A DNA stretch of 64,000 nt from Eledone cirrhosa (Eukaryota): positions 279,062,001 through 279,126,000 of the forward strand of contig OZ024742.1 of the NCBI GenBank assembly GCA_964016885.1, written 5' to 3'. Every line of letters begins with the position of its first letter. The stretch's first letter is position 1. A program made the translations under genes and the position numbers. A model generated the notes under the pieces. It had not been told where the DNA came from. It worked only from the letters and a program-made list of their open reading frames with translations, and ran no database searches. This document shows positions 26,097-43,650 of the stretch, piece after piece.

Positions 26097-27439
26097 ACAT
26101 TCATATTTGCATACGGCAACGGGTATTTAAAGATACATCTTCACTTACACAATACACAAACTGCTGTATAGTCGCATAGCAACATGGCAGACTTGAACGT
26201 AGTGTATTCACAGTAGATTTATTGAGATTATCATCATATCACGTGGTACGCAATTGCTGCTGTATCACAAACTATGAGAAAACTTTTCAAATAGTCTAAA
26301 TATAATGTAATGGTATTCTGTGCAATGTGCTGTGGGACCTAAGACAGATCTATCGATCAAAACGTTTTATATTTTATCTTTCACCGAATAAGAAGCAGTG
26401 AATATATTTCCCTATCTGTACTTGGTTATATATATATATATCTGTGTGTGTGTGTGTGTGCGTGTGCGTGCGTGTGTATGTATGCATATGCATGTGTGTG
26501 TTTGTGTGTGTTAGGTGTGCGTGTGTGTGTGTGTATGAGTGTGCGTGTCTGTGAGTGAGTGCGTACGTTTGCGTTGGTTTGTTTGTGTTTGTGTGTAAGT
26601 ATATTTTCCGTTCTTACTTGGATACACACACGCGTATATGTATTATGTATGTATGGATTGATGGATGACTGGCTGCATAGATATAAATTTGCACGTTAAT
26701 TTGTGACGGATTGAAAAATATTATTCAATACCGTAAGTAAAGTATGAAATATTATTTATAATTCATTCTCAACAGAGGTTTAGTGGATTAGCAGAAGACT
26801 TAGAGGGTCAGTCAAAAAAGTGTGCGGTATTCTTTTCTGGTTCTTTGCATTCCGAATTTAAATTGCGCAGAGCGTACCATTGTATTTCATTTTTCCTGTG
26901 CCGATAAAATATAGTAACACGCATGAACTGGTGTCAATAGTGGTAAGAATTTCCCAGGGGAGCTGGAGAGCAGAAGGTCTTCACAGAAGAAACACCTCTT
27001 AGGCAAGTGTTTCGGCACTTAACTTCTTACACTCGAAGGGATTCTGGAGGAATCTAGGTATCTTTCTGTTGACTTTCAGCCATTCGGATATCGGAGATTT
27101 GTAGTGTATCTAAAGAGTGTGAAGATATTTAGACAAGAGATAGTCGACACTCCTCTGCTTTATATTTAAATCCTTTCTTGAGTCTGGGAAACTAACATTG
27201 GAATTCATAGTAGCAGTGAGACGGTAACAATATTATCACTGCAGGCAACATTAAACCAAGACAGAGTTACTTCCTCTAGCATGCGCTAAAATACAAATAT
27301 GATGCTCTCAATATAATTGACTATCATTCCTCTTGAACTGCTGAGCTTGTGCGAACATTTTTATCCATTATTTCTCGACAGAAAACTAAGATATACTGTC
27401 TGTAATTTGCATTAAATTAGGTTAATAATAATTACTTAT

Positions 27440-27600
27440 TTAGGTGGAAGCCAATAATTTTTAGGACTAGAGATGCCAGATATATCGACTTCGTACTTGA
27501 GGGTTACTTTATGTTATCATCATTGGACGAATAAATGACAAAGTGGATCTTGTTGGAATTTGAACCCTTAACATCTAAAGCCCGAACAAATAATTCAAAG
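27440..27600 (-). mobile_element. Old decayed SINE copy
   Basis: gttacttttatgttatc...aaatgacaaagtggatcttgttggaatttgaacc. Confidence 0.5.
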
Positions 27601-28367
27601 GATTTGGAAAAGTATATATATTGATAGTGCAATATTATACTCTTCCTGCCTGTTTCTCTCTCCTTCCCTCCACCACACAGCGTTTTTTTCTCTTGAATTC
27701 ACTCTTCCATATCTCTCTTCGTCTTGTTGCAGGCGACATAATTATTCTTGACCACGTAGAGAGAAATAGATAGCTCCCAGTGATGTGATCCAAAATTCAC
27801 AAATAGGTTTTCCATAACTATAGAGACCACCAACAAAGATTAGCTCTCCATGACTATAAATAGGATATTATATTATACTGTATATTCTATACTGAACTAA
27901 TCGTTAGACAAGGCATCATTAAGGCGTGGCGGGAGTAAGAATCTGAACGATTTTCCAAAATGCGTAACGAAAGATTAGCGAACACCCCCACCCCTACCAG
28001 CTCCTATTTTTGCATTCACACAACCTAACTTTCAACAGAAGGGTGTCTGTTTAAACGGAATTCTGCCTACTATTAAACCGGAATCAGTGTATTACATTAT
28101 ATTGGTGCCTAGTCCAGATGACAGTAATTCTAAACAGAATCACAAGTTTAAGTTTGTCGATACGCTACATACTATAGAATAACTTGGTAAACAGAACTAG
28201 GTAGGGGAGGTCTACTGCAACGCGTGTTATGGTGAGATAGAGCATATGTTGGCAATACATTTCGGCATTCTGATGATCAACCACATGTAAACCGAAACCA
28301 GTACAACAACAAAATAACAAAATCTACAACAACGACTGTGGCGGCCACATATAAATGGTATTAATTA

Positions 28368-28550
28368 AGGATTGGCAGTATCGGTAGAGTGTCGGACGCC
28401 ATGCTTTCCAGCATAGTTGCGTACCTTTACGATCTGAGTTCAATTCCCGCCGAGGTTGACTTTGCCTTTCATCCTTACGGGGTCGATAAAATAAGTACCA
28501 GTAATGCACTGGAAATTGCTGGCCTTGTGCCTAAAGTAGAAACAATTAAT
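28368..28550 (+). mobile_element. tRNA-derived SINE, full length (Meta-like central domain)
   Basis: A box TGGCAGTATCGG, B box GAGTTCAATTCC, core gcctttcatccttacggggtcgataaaataagtaccag, tail gctggccttgtgcctaaagtagaaacaatt. Confidence 0.9.
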
Positions 28551-28586
28551 TAAATACACACTTGTATGTATATATATTTACCTTTT

Positions 28587-28675
<89 letters not shown>

Positions 28676-28694
28676 TGTATGCACACATATATAT

Positions 28695-28733
<39 letters not shown>

Positions 28734-28735
<2 letters not shown>

Positions 28736-28875
28736 AATCCCGCCGAGGTTAACGTTGCCTTTCATCCTTATGGAGTCGATAAAATAAAGTACCAGTCACG
28801 CACTGGGGTAGATTTAATCGACTTTCCCCTCCCCCCAAATTACTGGCCTTGTGCCTATATAAGAAACCATTATTA
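28734..28875 (+). mobile_element. SINE, 5'-truncated
   Basis: aaatcccgccgaggttaac...gtaccag...ggccttgtgcc. Confidence 0.85.
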
Positions 28876-28967
28876 ATATTAATTATTCTCGAGAAAAAAC
28901 TGTTGAGTGCCTCTAATCTGTTATAAATTAACCTTTGTTGGATGATCAACAAAACAAATAACTCATT

Positions 28968-29021
<54 letters not shown>

Positions 29022-29048
29022 GCAAACGAATCGAATGTTATTATTAAT

Positions 29049-29350
29049 ATGAGTTCAAATCCCGTCTAGGTTAACTTTGCCTTTCATCCTTACGGGGTCG
29101 ATAAAATAAAGTACCAGTAATGCACTGTAATAATTGCTGGCCTTGTGCCAAAAGTAGAAACAATTATTAATATGATTGGCAGTATCGGCAGAGGGTCGGA
29201 CGCCATGCTTTGCAGCAAAGAGTTACGGCCCTTTATGATCTGAGTTCAAATCCCGCCGAGGTTAACTTTACCTTTCATCCTTACGGGGTTAATAAAATAA
29301 AGTACGAGTAATACACTGGAATAATTGCTGGCGTCGTGCCAAAAGGTAGC
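29049..29350 (+). mobile_element. Two head-to-tail SINE copies (truncated 29049-29170; full 29173-29350)
   Basis: Core and tail twice; second copy has A box tggcagtatcgg and B box gagttcaaatcc. Confidence 0.88.
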
Positions 29351-29357
29351 CAAATTT

Positions 29358-29831
<474 letters not shown>

Positions 29832-29836
<5 letters not shown>

Positions 29837-30570
29837 CCCATACCCGAGCAATACGGCAGTTATATTGACGAATGTATCGGCACCGTCCGACTCACCCAAG
29901 AACAGATGGAATCCTTTCTCATTTTCCTCTGCTCGTTCCAGGCTGGACATCTCCGTCTGCTCGACCCGTCCTATAATCTCATCCGCCTTCATTAAACCTG
30001 CTGACGCCCACTCATTTCTCGATTTCACTTCATCCTATCCTACCCACACCAAACACTCTATCCCTACTCCCAATTTCTCCGACATTTCACTCGGCGAGTA
30101 TACCTTCTCTAATGGTCCACGGTACTCTCACCCACGCTCGTGATGTCGAACGTACCACGGCTTTCACCCCAAGCCTTCAGACCCGATCAACCGACTTCCT
30201 TTCCCATCACCTGTCATCCGTCCACGTTGCCCCTTCTGATGGTCATCCTACGGCAGTTAAACCGCCTCCACTCGGAGTCCTCAACTTCCACCCTCTACCC
30301 ACTCACACCCCTCCCTTGTTTTAAGCAAGCACTCAACCTCCGAAAACTCCTCGTCCGTAGCTCCTTACTCCCCCAATTCGTCACCTGGATCCCTTCCCTG
30401 TTCCCTACCCTGGGGCACACTAGAAATTACATCACCAACACCACCACCTTCCATGGGCCACACGGCCAATCCTTCCCTGTCCAGGACTCCTGCCACTGCA
30501 CCTCCTCCAGCCTTGACTAGGGGCTCCTATGCACGCTATATGGAGCTATATCGGACAAACTGGGCGTCGA
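29832..30570 (+). pseudogene. Decayed Penelope-like RT/GIY-YIG remnant (second family)
   Basis: [70 protein letters not shown]. Confidence 0.85.
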
Positions 30571-30790
30571 ATAGCGGGTTGCTTGTTCTTCTGTTGGTGT
30601 TGCTGTCGTGGAAAGACTTCTTGTAGTTGATGGTGATGTTCTGATAAAACTGTTGTTGCTGTATATGTTTGTGTTGCCTTTGTTCTCTGTATTACACACT
30701 TTTCTCGCTGTTATTTCTGTTGATTTCTATTTAATTTACTTATTCCAGATGTTCTTATTGTTTTGTAGCAGAGGTGGCAGCTGCAGCAAC

Positions 30791-30792
<2 letters not shown>

Positions 30793-30889
<97 letters not shown>

Positions 30890-30973
30890 TGCCGTTGTTG
30901 TCTTTGCTTTCGTTACTGTTGTTGTTTCATAAGATATTTGTAGATTGCTGTTTCTCCTGTTGTTGCTGCACTT

Positions 30974-31032
<59 letters not shown>
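30793..31032. repeat. (ATT)n(AGT)n and (ACT)n trinucleotide microsatellites
   Basis: Direct reading. Confidence 0.95.
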
Positions 31033-31033
<1 letters not shown>

Positions 31034-31566
31034 TTTCACGTCCCACATACGCCCATCGTTCTACTCATTCTTTCATTCCTTCAAGAACCTCTCCCACCAC
31101 CTCTCACACTCTCTCCACCACCACTCTCTACCAGCATCACCACAGCCATCTTCTCACAAATATTAATTCTCAATCCCTCTTTACAATATAAATTTAAAGA
31201 CAATACAATACTATACAATACTATACAATATAAATATGTTTACCCTAAATCCTTTGTTGCCACTACCGTCGCCATCACTAACACCACCGCCTCTCTCACC
31301 GTCACTAAAATACATTCCATTGAGAATCCCTCCACTTTAATTCAATACATGCAAATGTGGAAGTTTAATCACTTTAAATCTGAATTAATTAACGGTTGAA
31401 AAAGAAAATAAGATACCGCCAAAATATAAAAGTAAATAAATAAAATAGATACATAACGGATATATAAAAAATTGTTATGTTTTTAGTTTTTCTCTTTTGG
31501 TTCTTGAAGTAAATTATATTATTGAAGCACGTCGCATTAGTGTTTGTGTATATATGTATATGTGAT

Positions 31567-31635
<69 letters not shown>

Positions 31636-31766
31636 GATTATATGGTTACATTTGATGTATATGTATTTCTGTTTTTTTTTGTATGAGTTCATATGTGAAT
31701 ATGTGCTTATCTACATTTCTATATGGTTTTATATGTTCACACACAAACACAAACACACACATACAT

Positions 31767-31797
<31 letters not shown>

Positions 31798-32082
31798 TAT
31801 ATATATATATATTTATATATATATATATATATATACACATATATATATATATGCATTTATGTTATATATGTATAATATGTATACATTTATATGTGTGTAC
31901 GTGTCATATTTGTTTATGTATAATTTATGTTTTAAATAAGTATGCTTGTCTACATGTTGTTATATTAGTTTATGAATATGTCTGTATGTGTTTCTTTGGG
32001 GTTATATTAATATTTATGCGTGTATGTATACGAGTATATGTATGTTTATATCGGTCTGTACATAAATGTATATGCTTATATG

Positions 32083-32132
<50 letters not shown>

Positions 32133-32136
<4 letters not shown>

Positions 32137-32279
32137 AAATGCGCATAATAAAATATATGGAACTCCTTTAACCATCTTTTGATCTTATATTATGCATACT
32201 CCAGTCCCACAAACTGTAGAGTGCTTCTTATCCGATATCTGCATTGCTTTATTGTACTACAATAAAACTCACCTCCTAC

Positions 32280-32282
<3 letters not shown>
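32133..32282 (+). repeat. 3' part of the 15.7-kb PLE pseudo-LTR, starting at the hammerhead GAAA
   Basis: tttgaaatgcgcataataaaata...actcacctcctacat matches 15725-15874. Confidence 0.9.
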
Positions 32283-32318
<36 letters not shown>

Positions 32319-34054
32319 TATATGCTTATATATGCTTATACACGTTTATGTAAATATACATGTTATATATGTTTACAAATATGGACACAACTTGATTGAC
32401 CGTTTAAGAATTTGTGTTTGCAATCGACAGTGGGGCTAGGGGACCCGTTCTTACTCCGTAGAATCTTCAGTTACTTTTTGTTTGCCATAGCTATGGATTG
32501 TTAAAGGATATTTCATGAATAAAACTTTTTGAATGAAATCGTGCGGAAGCCACTCAGATGTATTTCCCAATGATTCAGAGAGATATCTTTATGATAACTT
32601 TGTATCATGCTGAATTTCCTTGAGAATTTCCTGAAGAGGATACGTGTCCTTGAAATTCTTAACAATATATACGGTAAATTAATGAGGAATCCTTCCACTT
32701 GATCAACAACTGGATGCTTTTATGACTTTATTAAGAGGAAGGGAATTGCCCATGACCTCTTATTTTCTCAGATACACAACATTGTGAAAGAGAGGTGTAT
32801 TGGTGGAAGATTTTCTCAATCTGGAAACATTGCCGAAAGCTTGCAGACTGAATCCGTCAAAGTAATCCAAGAACAAGATGATGGTGCTAAACTAATTATG
32901 GAATATGTTTACTATAGAAGAATTTCATCTTAGATTGGAAAATGCAATAGCACCACGGCCTAGGAATTCCGCCAACCCGCCTTTCTAGACTGTTACATTA
33001 TTAAACGACTCAAAGAATATGAAGCTACATTGACCACAGTGGGATAATTGCCGTCGAAATCATATAATTGTATGTCAAATCTATGGATTATATACCTCAG
33101 TATTTTAAAGGTTCGGTGCACTTAACTCAAATCCCGTGGAGGTTAATTTCACTTTTCTTCTACAGGGCTTCGAAAAATAAGTTACTAATCAAGAGTAGTT
33201 GATTTACGGAATTGTCAGAGCGTTAAACATGATTTGCATATGATATCACTTTAGATAATTTAATTTCTGTGTTCATTTTCAGCCAAACTATATCGGCTCT
33301 TGTAGTTCACTGGGGAGAAGATTATGGTGGGGAGAGAGCATGCTAGATAGAATACATGGGCTGACAGAGGGTGTTCCACAGAAATCTTATGCACGCTTGC
33401 AAGCTGGAGAGGTACTAACTAGGTTCAATCCAGAGGCTGGAGCCACTGATTCTTGTTGTCTTTTATATGTGTTTGTATATGTTTAAGAATGATCATATGT
33501 GTAAATATGTGTTTGTAAGTATTGGTATATATATATATTTGTCAATAATTGTTTTTTCGTGAGGTTGTTCATTTTTCCTGTTCATATAAACACTCACACT
33601 TATATAGCTTCGTAGAAGATTAAAAAACTAGGATATGAAGATTAAAATAGATACATATCAGTCTAGCCATCTATTTATCATCTCTCTCTCTCTTTCTCCC
33701 CGCTCTCTCCTTTTCCTTCACTACTACTTTACCCCCTCTCTCTGTCTCCATATATATATATATATATGGTTATAGATAGATAATATGGATAGAAAGATAG
33801 ATAGATAGACAGATTGATAGATAGATAGATAGATAGATAGACATATAGGAATATGAATAGATACGTAGATACATTCATATATATATATATTTATATACAC
33901 AAATGTTTGAGTTTCATTCATTGAGATTTAATTATTAATTTCATAGAACTAATGAAGTACACACAAACACACAAACATGCACCCACACGCACAGACACAC
34001 ACACACACACACATATATATCTATATACATATATATATACACATATCATATCAT

Positions 34055-34865
<811 letters not shown>

Positions 34866-35103
34866 ATGGGCGTCGTGTGAATTTCATTCAATGAAATTTA
34901 ATTATTTAATTCTATGGAATATTATTTGATGTTATTTTTTTTTATTGATAAAATATATTTTATTTCATTTCTTGCTGTAGAAATAAGCTCTCATTAAATT
35001 CATTGCTCTGTGTATTTTAATTAATACGTTATTTTCATTGATAGACACATTTATAATGTTTAGAACGGTAATATGTCTATTACAACACACATACAAAGAC
35101 AAA

Positions 35104-35157
<54 letters not shown>

Positions 35158-35162
<5 letters not shown>

Positions 35163-35280
35163 GTAGGTATGTATATATGTATGACTGTATGTATATATTA
35201 TGTAGGTATGTATATATGTATGACTGTATGTATATATTATGTAGGTATGTATATATGTATGACTGTATGTATATATTATG
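35158..35280. repeat. 39-bp minisatellite x3
   Basis: tatgtaggtatgtatatatgtatgactgtatgtatatat repeated. Confidence 0.9.
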
Positions 35281-36674
35281 AATACAAATAGTCACGCGCC
35301 CACACGTAAATATATGTTTATATACATATATGTACATACTCTCACATACACTCTCATACACACACATATATATATATATGTGTGTGTGTGTATGTATAGG
35401 TATGTATGTATTTGCGTATATATGCATATACGCATTTATATATGTGCATGTATATAAATATGGTTAGATTAGGTTAAATTAAATGTCTCAATGTACAATA
35501 TATAATGATATATCTTATTGATATATGAGTGTTTTTTGTGCAAGCGATAGAGCTAATTAAAATATTGAATCTAATAATGAATGTATATTTTAATATCTGT
35601 GCATATACATTATGTTGTTTCCAGTATATCTAAATGTTTAACTTAACTTTACCCTCATAATATAAGTAGCTGCATCAGAATATCTAGAGGACTCTCGTGA
35701 CATTAGCATTGCTGTTTCAAGAATATGTAGTGTAAGTATTGCATATATATTGCAAGATTTAATATGTATTTCTTTCTCATTTTAACTTGGGCATCATATA
35801 ACGTTAATACATTTAAATGTATTACTAGAAGGATGTTGTTTATGTATATACTTTAATATATATACTCATTTTGTATACACTTATTTAATATTTACATATA
35901 TTTTATCGTGTCCCTGGTTCTGTTGTGCCTCGACTCATGTAGTAATCTTCTATAAACTACGTAATTGTTCCCCAACCTGAATCCACACGAAACTCAGTTG
36001 TGCGCTGAAATATCTCTGTTGTGTGAACAAAAATGGGCTTCCTATAACGTTCGTCATAAAATATTGGCTGTTCTGCATGCCATTCTAAATATTCTAATTT
36101 AACAAGTATCCGTGTATAAAATGGAATATATTTTTTTATCATTTGAGCTCTACGCTATCTATTTCAGCTCTATATCACCCCCGCCGTTTTCTCCTTTACT
36201 AACAAAGTGTCGTCTTGTTCCCCATAACCGATGCTGTTGAGCTTCTGTCAAAATGAGCAGACTAGTTTTATTGCCATATATTTCCCCCCATTATAGCATC
36301 TCCTTCAACTTCCACTATTTTAGAACATTTTCTTTATTCCGCATTTGCCTTTAAATAATGCATAAGTATGTACTATGTAGGTATGTGAATATTTCAGTTA
36401 TTGAGGAACTTATACATAGTATCAGACATTCCAGCTTGCACTTACATATCTACATACATCTTCATCGTAGTGTATAGTTCCCCTGTGTCGTGTTTTGTTT
36501 GATTTTCGTATATCTATCTATATATCTGTTTATCTATCAATCAATCAATCAATCTATCTATCTATTTATGTATCTACATATTTATCTATGTATCTATCTA
36601 TCTATATAGCCATCTCTCGCCCCCGCTTCTCTCTCTGTATTTTTCATACACACACACACACATACGAACACACA

Positions 36675-36744
<70 letters not shown>

Positions 36745-36810
36745 AGTTTATCCCGGGTTCAATCGGGGGTAAACACAGTAAGTAAGGTACTCAAAACATA
36801 GCAGAGTATA

Positions 36811-36913
36811 AATATTTGATATAGAAATGGCTTCTACAGGACTAGAACTGTTTTATTCGGGAGAAATCATCAGGGGCTTCTAGTCCTGTAGAAGCCATTT
36901 CTATATTAAATAT
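36811..36913. repeat. Inverted repeat (~36-bp arms) with truncated hammerhead-like core in the spacer
   Basis: atatagaaatggcttctacaggactagaa / ttctagtcctgtagaagccatttctatat; minus spacer CTGATGA tttc tccc gaat AAAAC AGT. Confidence 0.8.
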
Positions 36914-36957
36914 ATATATATTCATTTGACGAAAGTCGATCGGCTGTCGATATGTAT

Positions 36958-38450
36958 TCATCATCATCATCATCATCAGGTCGAGCTTGCTCGGCTTTCT
37001 ACGACACGTTTCCTCCATCCATCTCTGTCTCTCATAGCGTTTGCCAGTTCTTCCGCAGTGCATCCAGTATCGTCCTCAAGTTTCTTGACGTATGTCTTCT
37101 TGGGACGACCAGCGTTTCTTGCTCCATGAGATGGTATTTCTTCCTTGCTGAGCCAACAGTGGTCAGCAAATCTGAGTCTCTGTTTACGTATTGACCTGCT
37201 GATAAGTAGTATATTGCCATAGATATCCTTATGTCTTGGGTGTTCCCTCCAAGACACGTTTAAAGCAGCACGGAGCATACGTGTGTATGCCCCGTCTAGC
37301 TTTTTCTCCAGTTTCGATGTTAGCGTCCGAGTGATAGAGCCATAAACAAGCATAGATTCCACAGCAGCTCGGAAGAAATTCCTGTTCAGTTTGGCCGGCA
37401 GGTTTGATTTCCATATTTTTTCCATTGCATTCAATGCTCCCCAGGCTTCTCCCAGTCTGATGTGGAGGCGATATAGCTAGCCAAGTAATTGAAGTCGTCA
37501 ACTTGCTTGATTATATTACCGTTTAAACTTCGCATACCAACTAAGGAGTCTTGGTTCAGGCAAATATATTCTATTTTGTTTGCGTTGACATTGAGTCCGA
37601 TTTCCTTTGCAACTGATTCGATGCTGGGAAGTAGTGATGTTGCATCCTTAAGGTAGTCAGCAAGGACCGCTAAATCATCGGCATAGTCAGCATCGGTGAT
37701 TTTCTGAGCTGCATGGCGTCTACACTTTCGCTTCGTGAGAGTGAAACCAAGCTCTAAGTTTTCTCAATACATAGTCGAGGCAGATGATAAAAATATATGG
37801 TGCAAGAGTATCCCCTTGGAGTAATCCTGCAATGATGTCAAAGAAGTTGGTATCTCCATCAGGTGAGCGCACCATTGCGCGGGTGTTTTTATATAACATC
37901 ATGATGGCATTAACTGTTTCCTTTGGCAAGCCGTAGGCTAGAAGTATCTCTCTCATCCTCCCACAATGGGTGGAATCGAATGCTTTTGAAAAGTGAATAA
38001 ACAGGAGAGTTGTTGGGAGGTTTTTGGCTTTTACGCCTTCCAAGATACGTCGAATAGTAATTATTTGCCTTGATGTTGATCTGTTGGTGCGGAAGCCATT
38101 TTGTTTTTTTCGCAGCAAGAGGTCAATGACATGTCTTATTCTGTCAAGACCAATGAGATTGTATATCTTTGCGGCAATTGCCATTAGTGTTATGCTACGG
38201 TAGTTTTTAGCCATTCCAAGATCGCCCTTTTTGGGAAAAGGGAGTATATATCCCTCAGTCCATTTGTCTATGGGGTCTTGATTATAGACACCATTACACA
38301 ACTCTAGTAGGATTGGGTGAAATTCAGGTACCTTCCACACTTCAGCTGGGATCTCGTCGAGTCCGCACGCTTTTCCGTTACCAATACTTTTCACTGCTTT
38401 CTGTAGTTGCTCCATAGTGAAAGGAACTTTCTGTATTTGGTGTGCCTCTG
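36958..38450 (-). mobile_element. RTE-group LINE, 5'-truncated
   Basis: GLDEIPAEVWK, PFPKKGDL..NYRSITL, FSKAFDS, LQGDTLAPYIF, DADYADDLA, DGAYTRMLR, GRPKKTY; (GAT)n tail. Confidence 0.93.
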
Positions 38451-38469
38451 TAAAACACATGAAATAATA

Positions 38470-38532
<63 letters not shown>

Positions 38533-38619
38533 GGTATACATATATATATATATATACACACATATATATATAACCGCCCCCCCCCCAACATATATATATA
38601 TATATATAGAGAGAGAGAT

Positions 38620-38822
38620 AAAACCTCCATGCTTACTGAGACTCGCGAACACTACACCTAATATTCCCCCTCCATACACACGCACACATGTATATCATGA
38701 CTCACACTATTTACTTCCCTGACTTTTGTATATTATTCTATGTACTATACATGCACCTTTGACGAGTTGTAGTGCACCTGAGCACTGTACACAATAATTT
38801 CATTATTATTATTATTATTATT
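38620..38822 (+). mobile_element. 3' end remnant of another LINE (CR1-like) with (ATT)n tail
   Basis: [13 protein letters not shown] then UTR ...ctgagcactgtacacaataatttc(att)n; inverted copy at 61175-61384. Confidence 0.55.
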
Positions 38823-41765
38823 ACAGTTGCATTTATCTTGCTTTATGTTCATACGAGTTATCACCAAGTCACAACCAGTGACCTCAAGGGACAACAAGGT
38901 CTGCCATGTTCAAGAAAGAAGATATATACACACACATGCATCTTTAGGTGTTTAGACTTGTAATGTACTTATATTGACAGAATCTTCCTTAGTATACGGG
39001 CAGTTCCCATTAGTACTATCTTTGTATTTCTCCTATACGCGGGTTTCCTGGGATTTGCGATAAGTAATCATTAGACCCCTTAGGTATCATTCCTAGAGCG
39101 CCTACAACCACTGGTATTGTTTTAGTTCTCAATTTCCACATTTTTCCAATTTCTATCTCCAGGTCCTTATACGTGCTCAGTTTTTCAAATGTTTTTATAG
39201 ATACATTCTTGTCTATTGGAACGGACATATCAATTAGCAGGCATACTCTCTTTTTAAATTTCTTCAGTATTATATCAGGTCTATTTGCATCTATTTTTCG
39301 GTCTGTTTGGATGCTAAAATTCCGCAAGATTGAGATGTGATCTTTTTTAAGTATGGGAGGTGGTTGATGATCACAACAGTTGTTTTGATGGGGCAGGTTA
39401 AAATGCTTACTCATTATCCAATGTATGTATTGTGCAGTTCTGCCATGCCTGTTTAGATATTCGATTGGAATTATATGATCAATGGTCTCCAGTTGTTTTT
39501 AACATACACGGCATAATGGGTTGCATCCATTTTTTATTATGTTGGCTTGGTAATTTTTTGTTGGCAGACACTGATCTTGTGTTGATATAATCAGTCCTTC
39601 AGTCTCCGATTTCAGTCCAGAGGATGCCAACCACTGATGGGTTAAAGTTTTGTCAACATCAGGATTGTTAGCTCGTTCTGGGTATTTTCCATACAGAGGC
39701 TTCTCTTGCCATTTCTTAGCCAGTTTCTTTAGCAGTTCGTTCTTTGCAGTTACTTTTACCTGCTTTGCTTTTTCTGTGTTTTCCATTTCAGCAGTAAATC
39801 AGACTTCTGAAATTTGTAGTCCATTACTGTATCTTTGTGCATCTTTTGTAATGGAGTATGATCTTTTGATGCTTTCGTGTTTCAAAACGAGTTTGATCAT
39901 CCAATCATGTGATTCCCTTAGATATGTAGATAATCCAATTGCTGCAGTTTTCAACGCAATGTCTAACTGGATTAACCCACGTCCCCCTTCTTTCCTAGGG
40001 AGATATATTCTATCTGTATCTGCCCTAGGGTGATGCATTCTGTGCATGGTTAAGCATTTTCGAATTTTTGTATCGAGCCTACGGATCTCTGTGCTTGACC
40101 AGTTGATGACATTGTAACAGGACGTTACTACTGCGTATGGCAAGCGTGTTTATGGCATCGATCCTATTCCTTGCATTCAATTCCGTTCTTAAGATTGCTC
40201 TAACTCTGCGGTAACATTCCTTCCTTATCCTGTCCCTCATTGTCGAGTGCTTGATTCCGTCTCCTTCACAAACACCTAGATATTTGTAAGTTTCCTCTTT
40301 ATCAAGTTCTCTTATCACATTCTCTCGATCAAGATTAATGTCTGAACTTTTCAGCAGCTTTCCTCTGGTGAACGTTGCTTTCGCGCATTTATCTAGTCCA
40401 AACGCCATTTTAATGTCATCACTAAACTGCTCCACAGTGGATAATAACCCTTGCAATTGTTTATCATTTTTTGCAAATAGTTTCAGGTCATCCATGTAGA
40501 ACAAGTGATTAATGGTTTTGTCATAGACTTTATATCCATGTTTTGTTTCATAGAGCATTTTACTTAATGGTATAAGTGCGATGCAGAATAAAAGCGGTGA
40601 TAAAGAGTCACCCTGAAAAATTCCACAATTAATATTAACTTCTCCAGCTTTCAGTGATTTTGTTTCACTATTCAAAAGGAGTGTCGTTTTCCATGTCTTC
40701 ATACTGAATGACAAAAACCTCCTGACAACGGGGGATATTTTGAAAATCTCTAAACATTTTTCAATCCAACTGTGTGGCAAACTATCGAATGCTTTTTTAT
40801 AATCTATCCAAGCAATTGATAGATGTTTGTGTCTATTATGACAATCTTCCAGTATCATTTTGTTAACGAATAGCTGATCCTTACAGCCCTATGAGCCCTG
40901 TTTACACCCTTTCTGCTCAATGGGAAATAGGTCATTTGTTTACAGGTGGTCATATGTATATTCAGTTAGGACTGATGTTAAAATGTTATACATTGTGGTC
41001 AAGCAAGTTATCGGTCTGTAATTTTTGGCATTGTTTGTCTCATCATTCTTCGGAAGCAGGAATCTAATGCCGTTAACTAGCCATGATGGTATCTTTTCTG
41101 GCTCCTTAACTATTTCATTGTAAAGTTGGGCTAACAGCTCATGAGACTCTGTGAAGGCATTTATCCCCAAAAATATTATTTTGTCTTTTCCTGGGGATTT
41201 CCATTTGCTGGTTTTTCTTAGAGCCAAACGCAACTGTTCAACTGTTATATTTCCCATATTTGTTCCTCAAGGTGAGCTGTATCGTTCATTTGTCTGTCTA
41301 TCCATGGGGCATGTATATTATGAACCTTTCCTCGGCTCAGATCTTTTCCCAGAATTCTTGCACTTCCTCCTTGGGTGGTATTGATTTAGCAGTTATTGTT
41401 GACTTACCAATTTTTCTGTAGAAGTTTCTTTGGTTGTTTTTGAACATATTATTGTCCTTATAGAATCTAGATCGTTTTTCAAAGCGCCTTATACGAGCAG
41501 CTTTGGCCGACACTTTTTGCTTGATTATTTCTATCAGCAGGCCTATGTCACTTGTTGGTTTTATACTGTACTTTCTTTTCAATTTTCTAAGTTTAGTTTG
41601 TTTAACATGTTCACCTACTTCATAGATTTTTTAAAATTTCTATGTCAGATCGGAGAAGGTTTATTTGGTGATTGATGTTCTCTTGCCAAGTAGATTTCTT
41701 GTGGGAATTCCTTTGTTTTTTCATCTTCACTCCACATAAATGGTGGTGACTTTAGCCGATGCATA
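38823..41765 (-). mobile_element. R4/Dong-like RLE LINE, family A, 5'-truncated, frameshifted
   Basis: NYRPITCL, WIDYKKAFDSLPHSW, GIFQGDSLSPLLF, HLFYMDDLKLF, CRVC..ETIDH, NRPDI, LIDMSVP, IPVVVGALG; ends in (TAA)n. Confidence 0.92.
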
Positions 41766-41797
41766 ATAATAATAATACTTATTATTATTATTATTAT

Positions 41798-41985
41798 TGT
41801 TCTTTGAGTCTCAGTCATGATGTTATTTAACTGGAAAGTTTGTTGAAATGAATATCAAGCTGCTACCTGCAGCCTCAGATATTCAGGACGTATCGGAGGG
41901 TTCTTGCTGTTCCCAGCAAGCATGCCTTTTTAAGTGTTCCAAAAAGCGTGGCTGGACTAATCTTCTTTAACCATCCCTGGAAACT
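41798..41985 (-). mobile_element. R4/Dong-like family B, very short 3' fragment
   Basis: Matches 42022-42205 and 62070-62258; flanked by (TTA)n. Confidence 0.88.
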
Positions 41986-42021
41986 CCTTTTATTATTATT
42001 ATTATTATTATTATTGTTGTT

Positions 42022-43398
<1,377 letters not shown>

Positions 43399-43463
43399 GA
43401 ACAACCTTACACGAGCGATGTAAACCACGTCTTGAAAGACTGAACAACGAAGATGATAATAAT

Positions 43464-43650
43464 AATTGTTTCTACTTTAGGCACAAGGCCAGCAATTAAC
43501 GAGTGCATTACTGGTACTTTATTTTATCGACCCCGTAAGGATGAAAGGCAAAGCTAACCTCGGAGGGATTTGAACACAGAACGTAATGGGTCATAACTCT
43601 ATGCTGCAACGATGGCGTCTGACACTCTACCGATACTGCCAATACACCAC
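43464..43650 (-). mobile_element. tRNA-derived SINE, full length
   Basis: Reverse complement of 28368-28550 including ctctaccgatactgcca head. Confidence 0.9.

Noticed and set aside
28265-28310. CTGATGA...GAAACCAGTA hammerhead-like core
   Set aside because: No stem I or stem II pairing
28368-28450. tRNA gene (A and B boxes)
   Set aside because: No cloverleaf; it is the tRNA-derived head of a multi-copy SINE
32700-33060. Possible Tc1/mariner relic
   Set aside because: Only vague QQDGA/WP..S-like traces across broken frames
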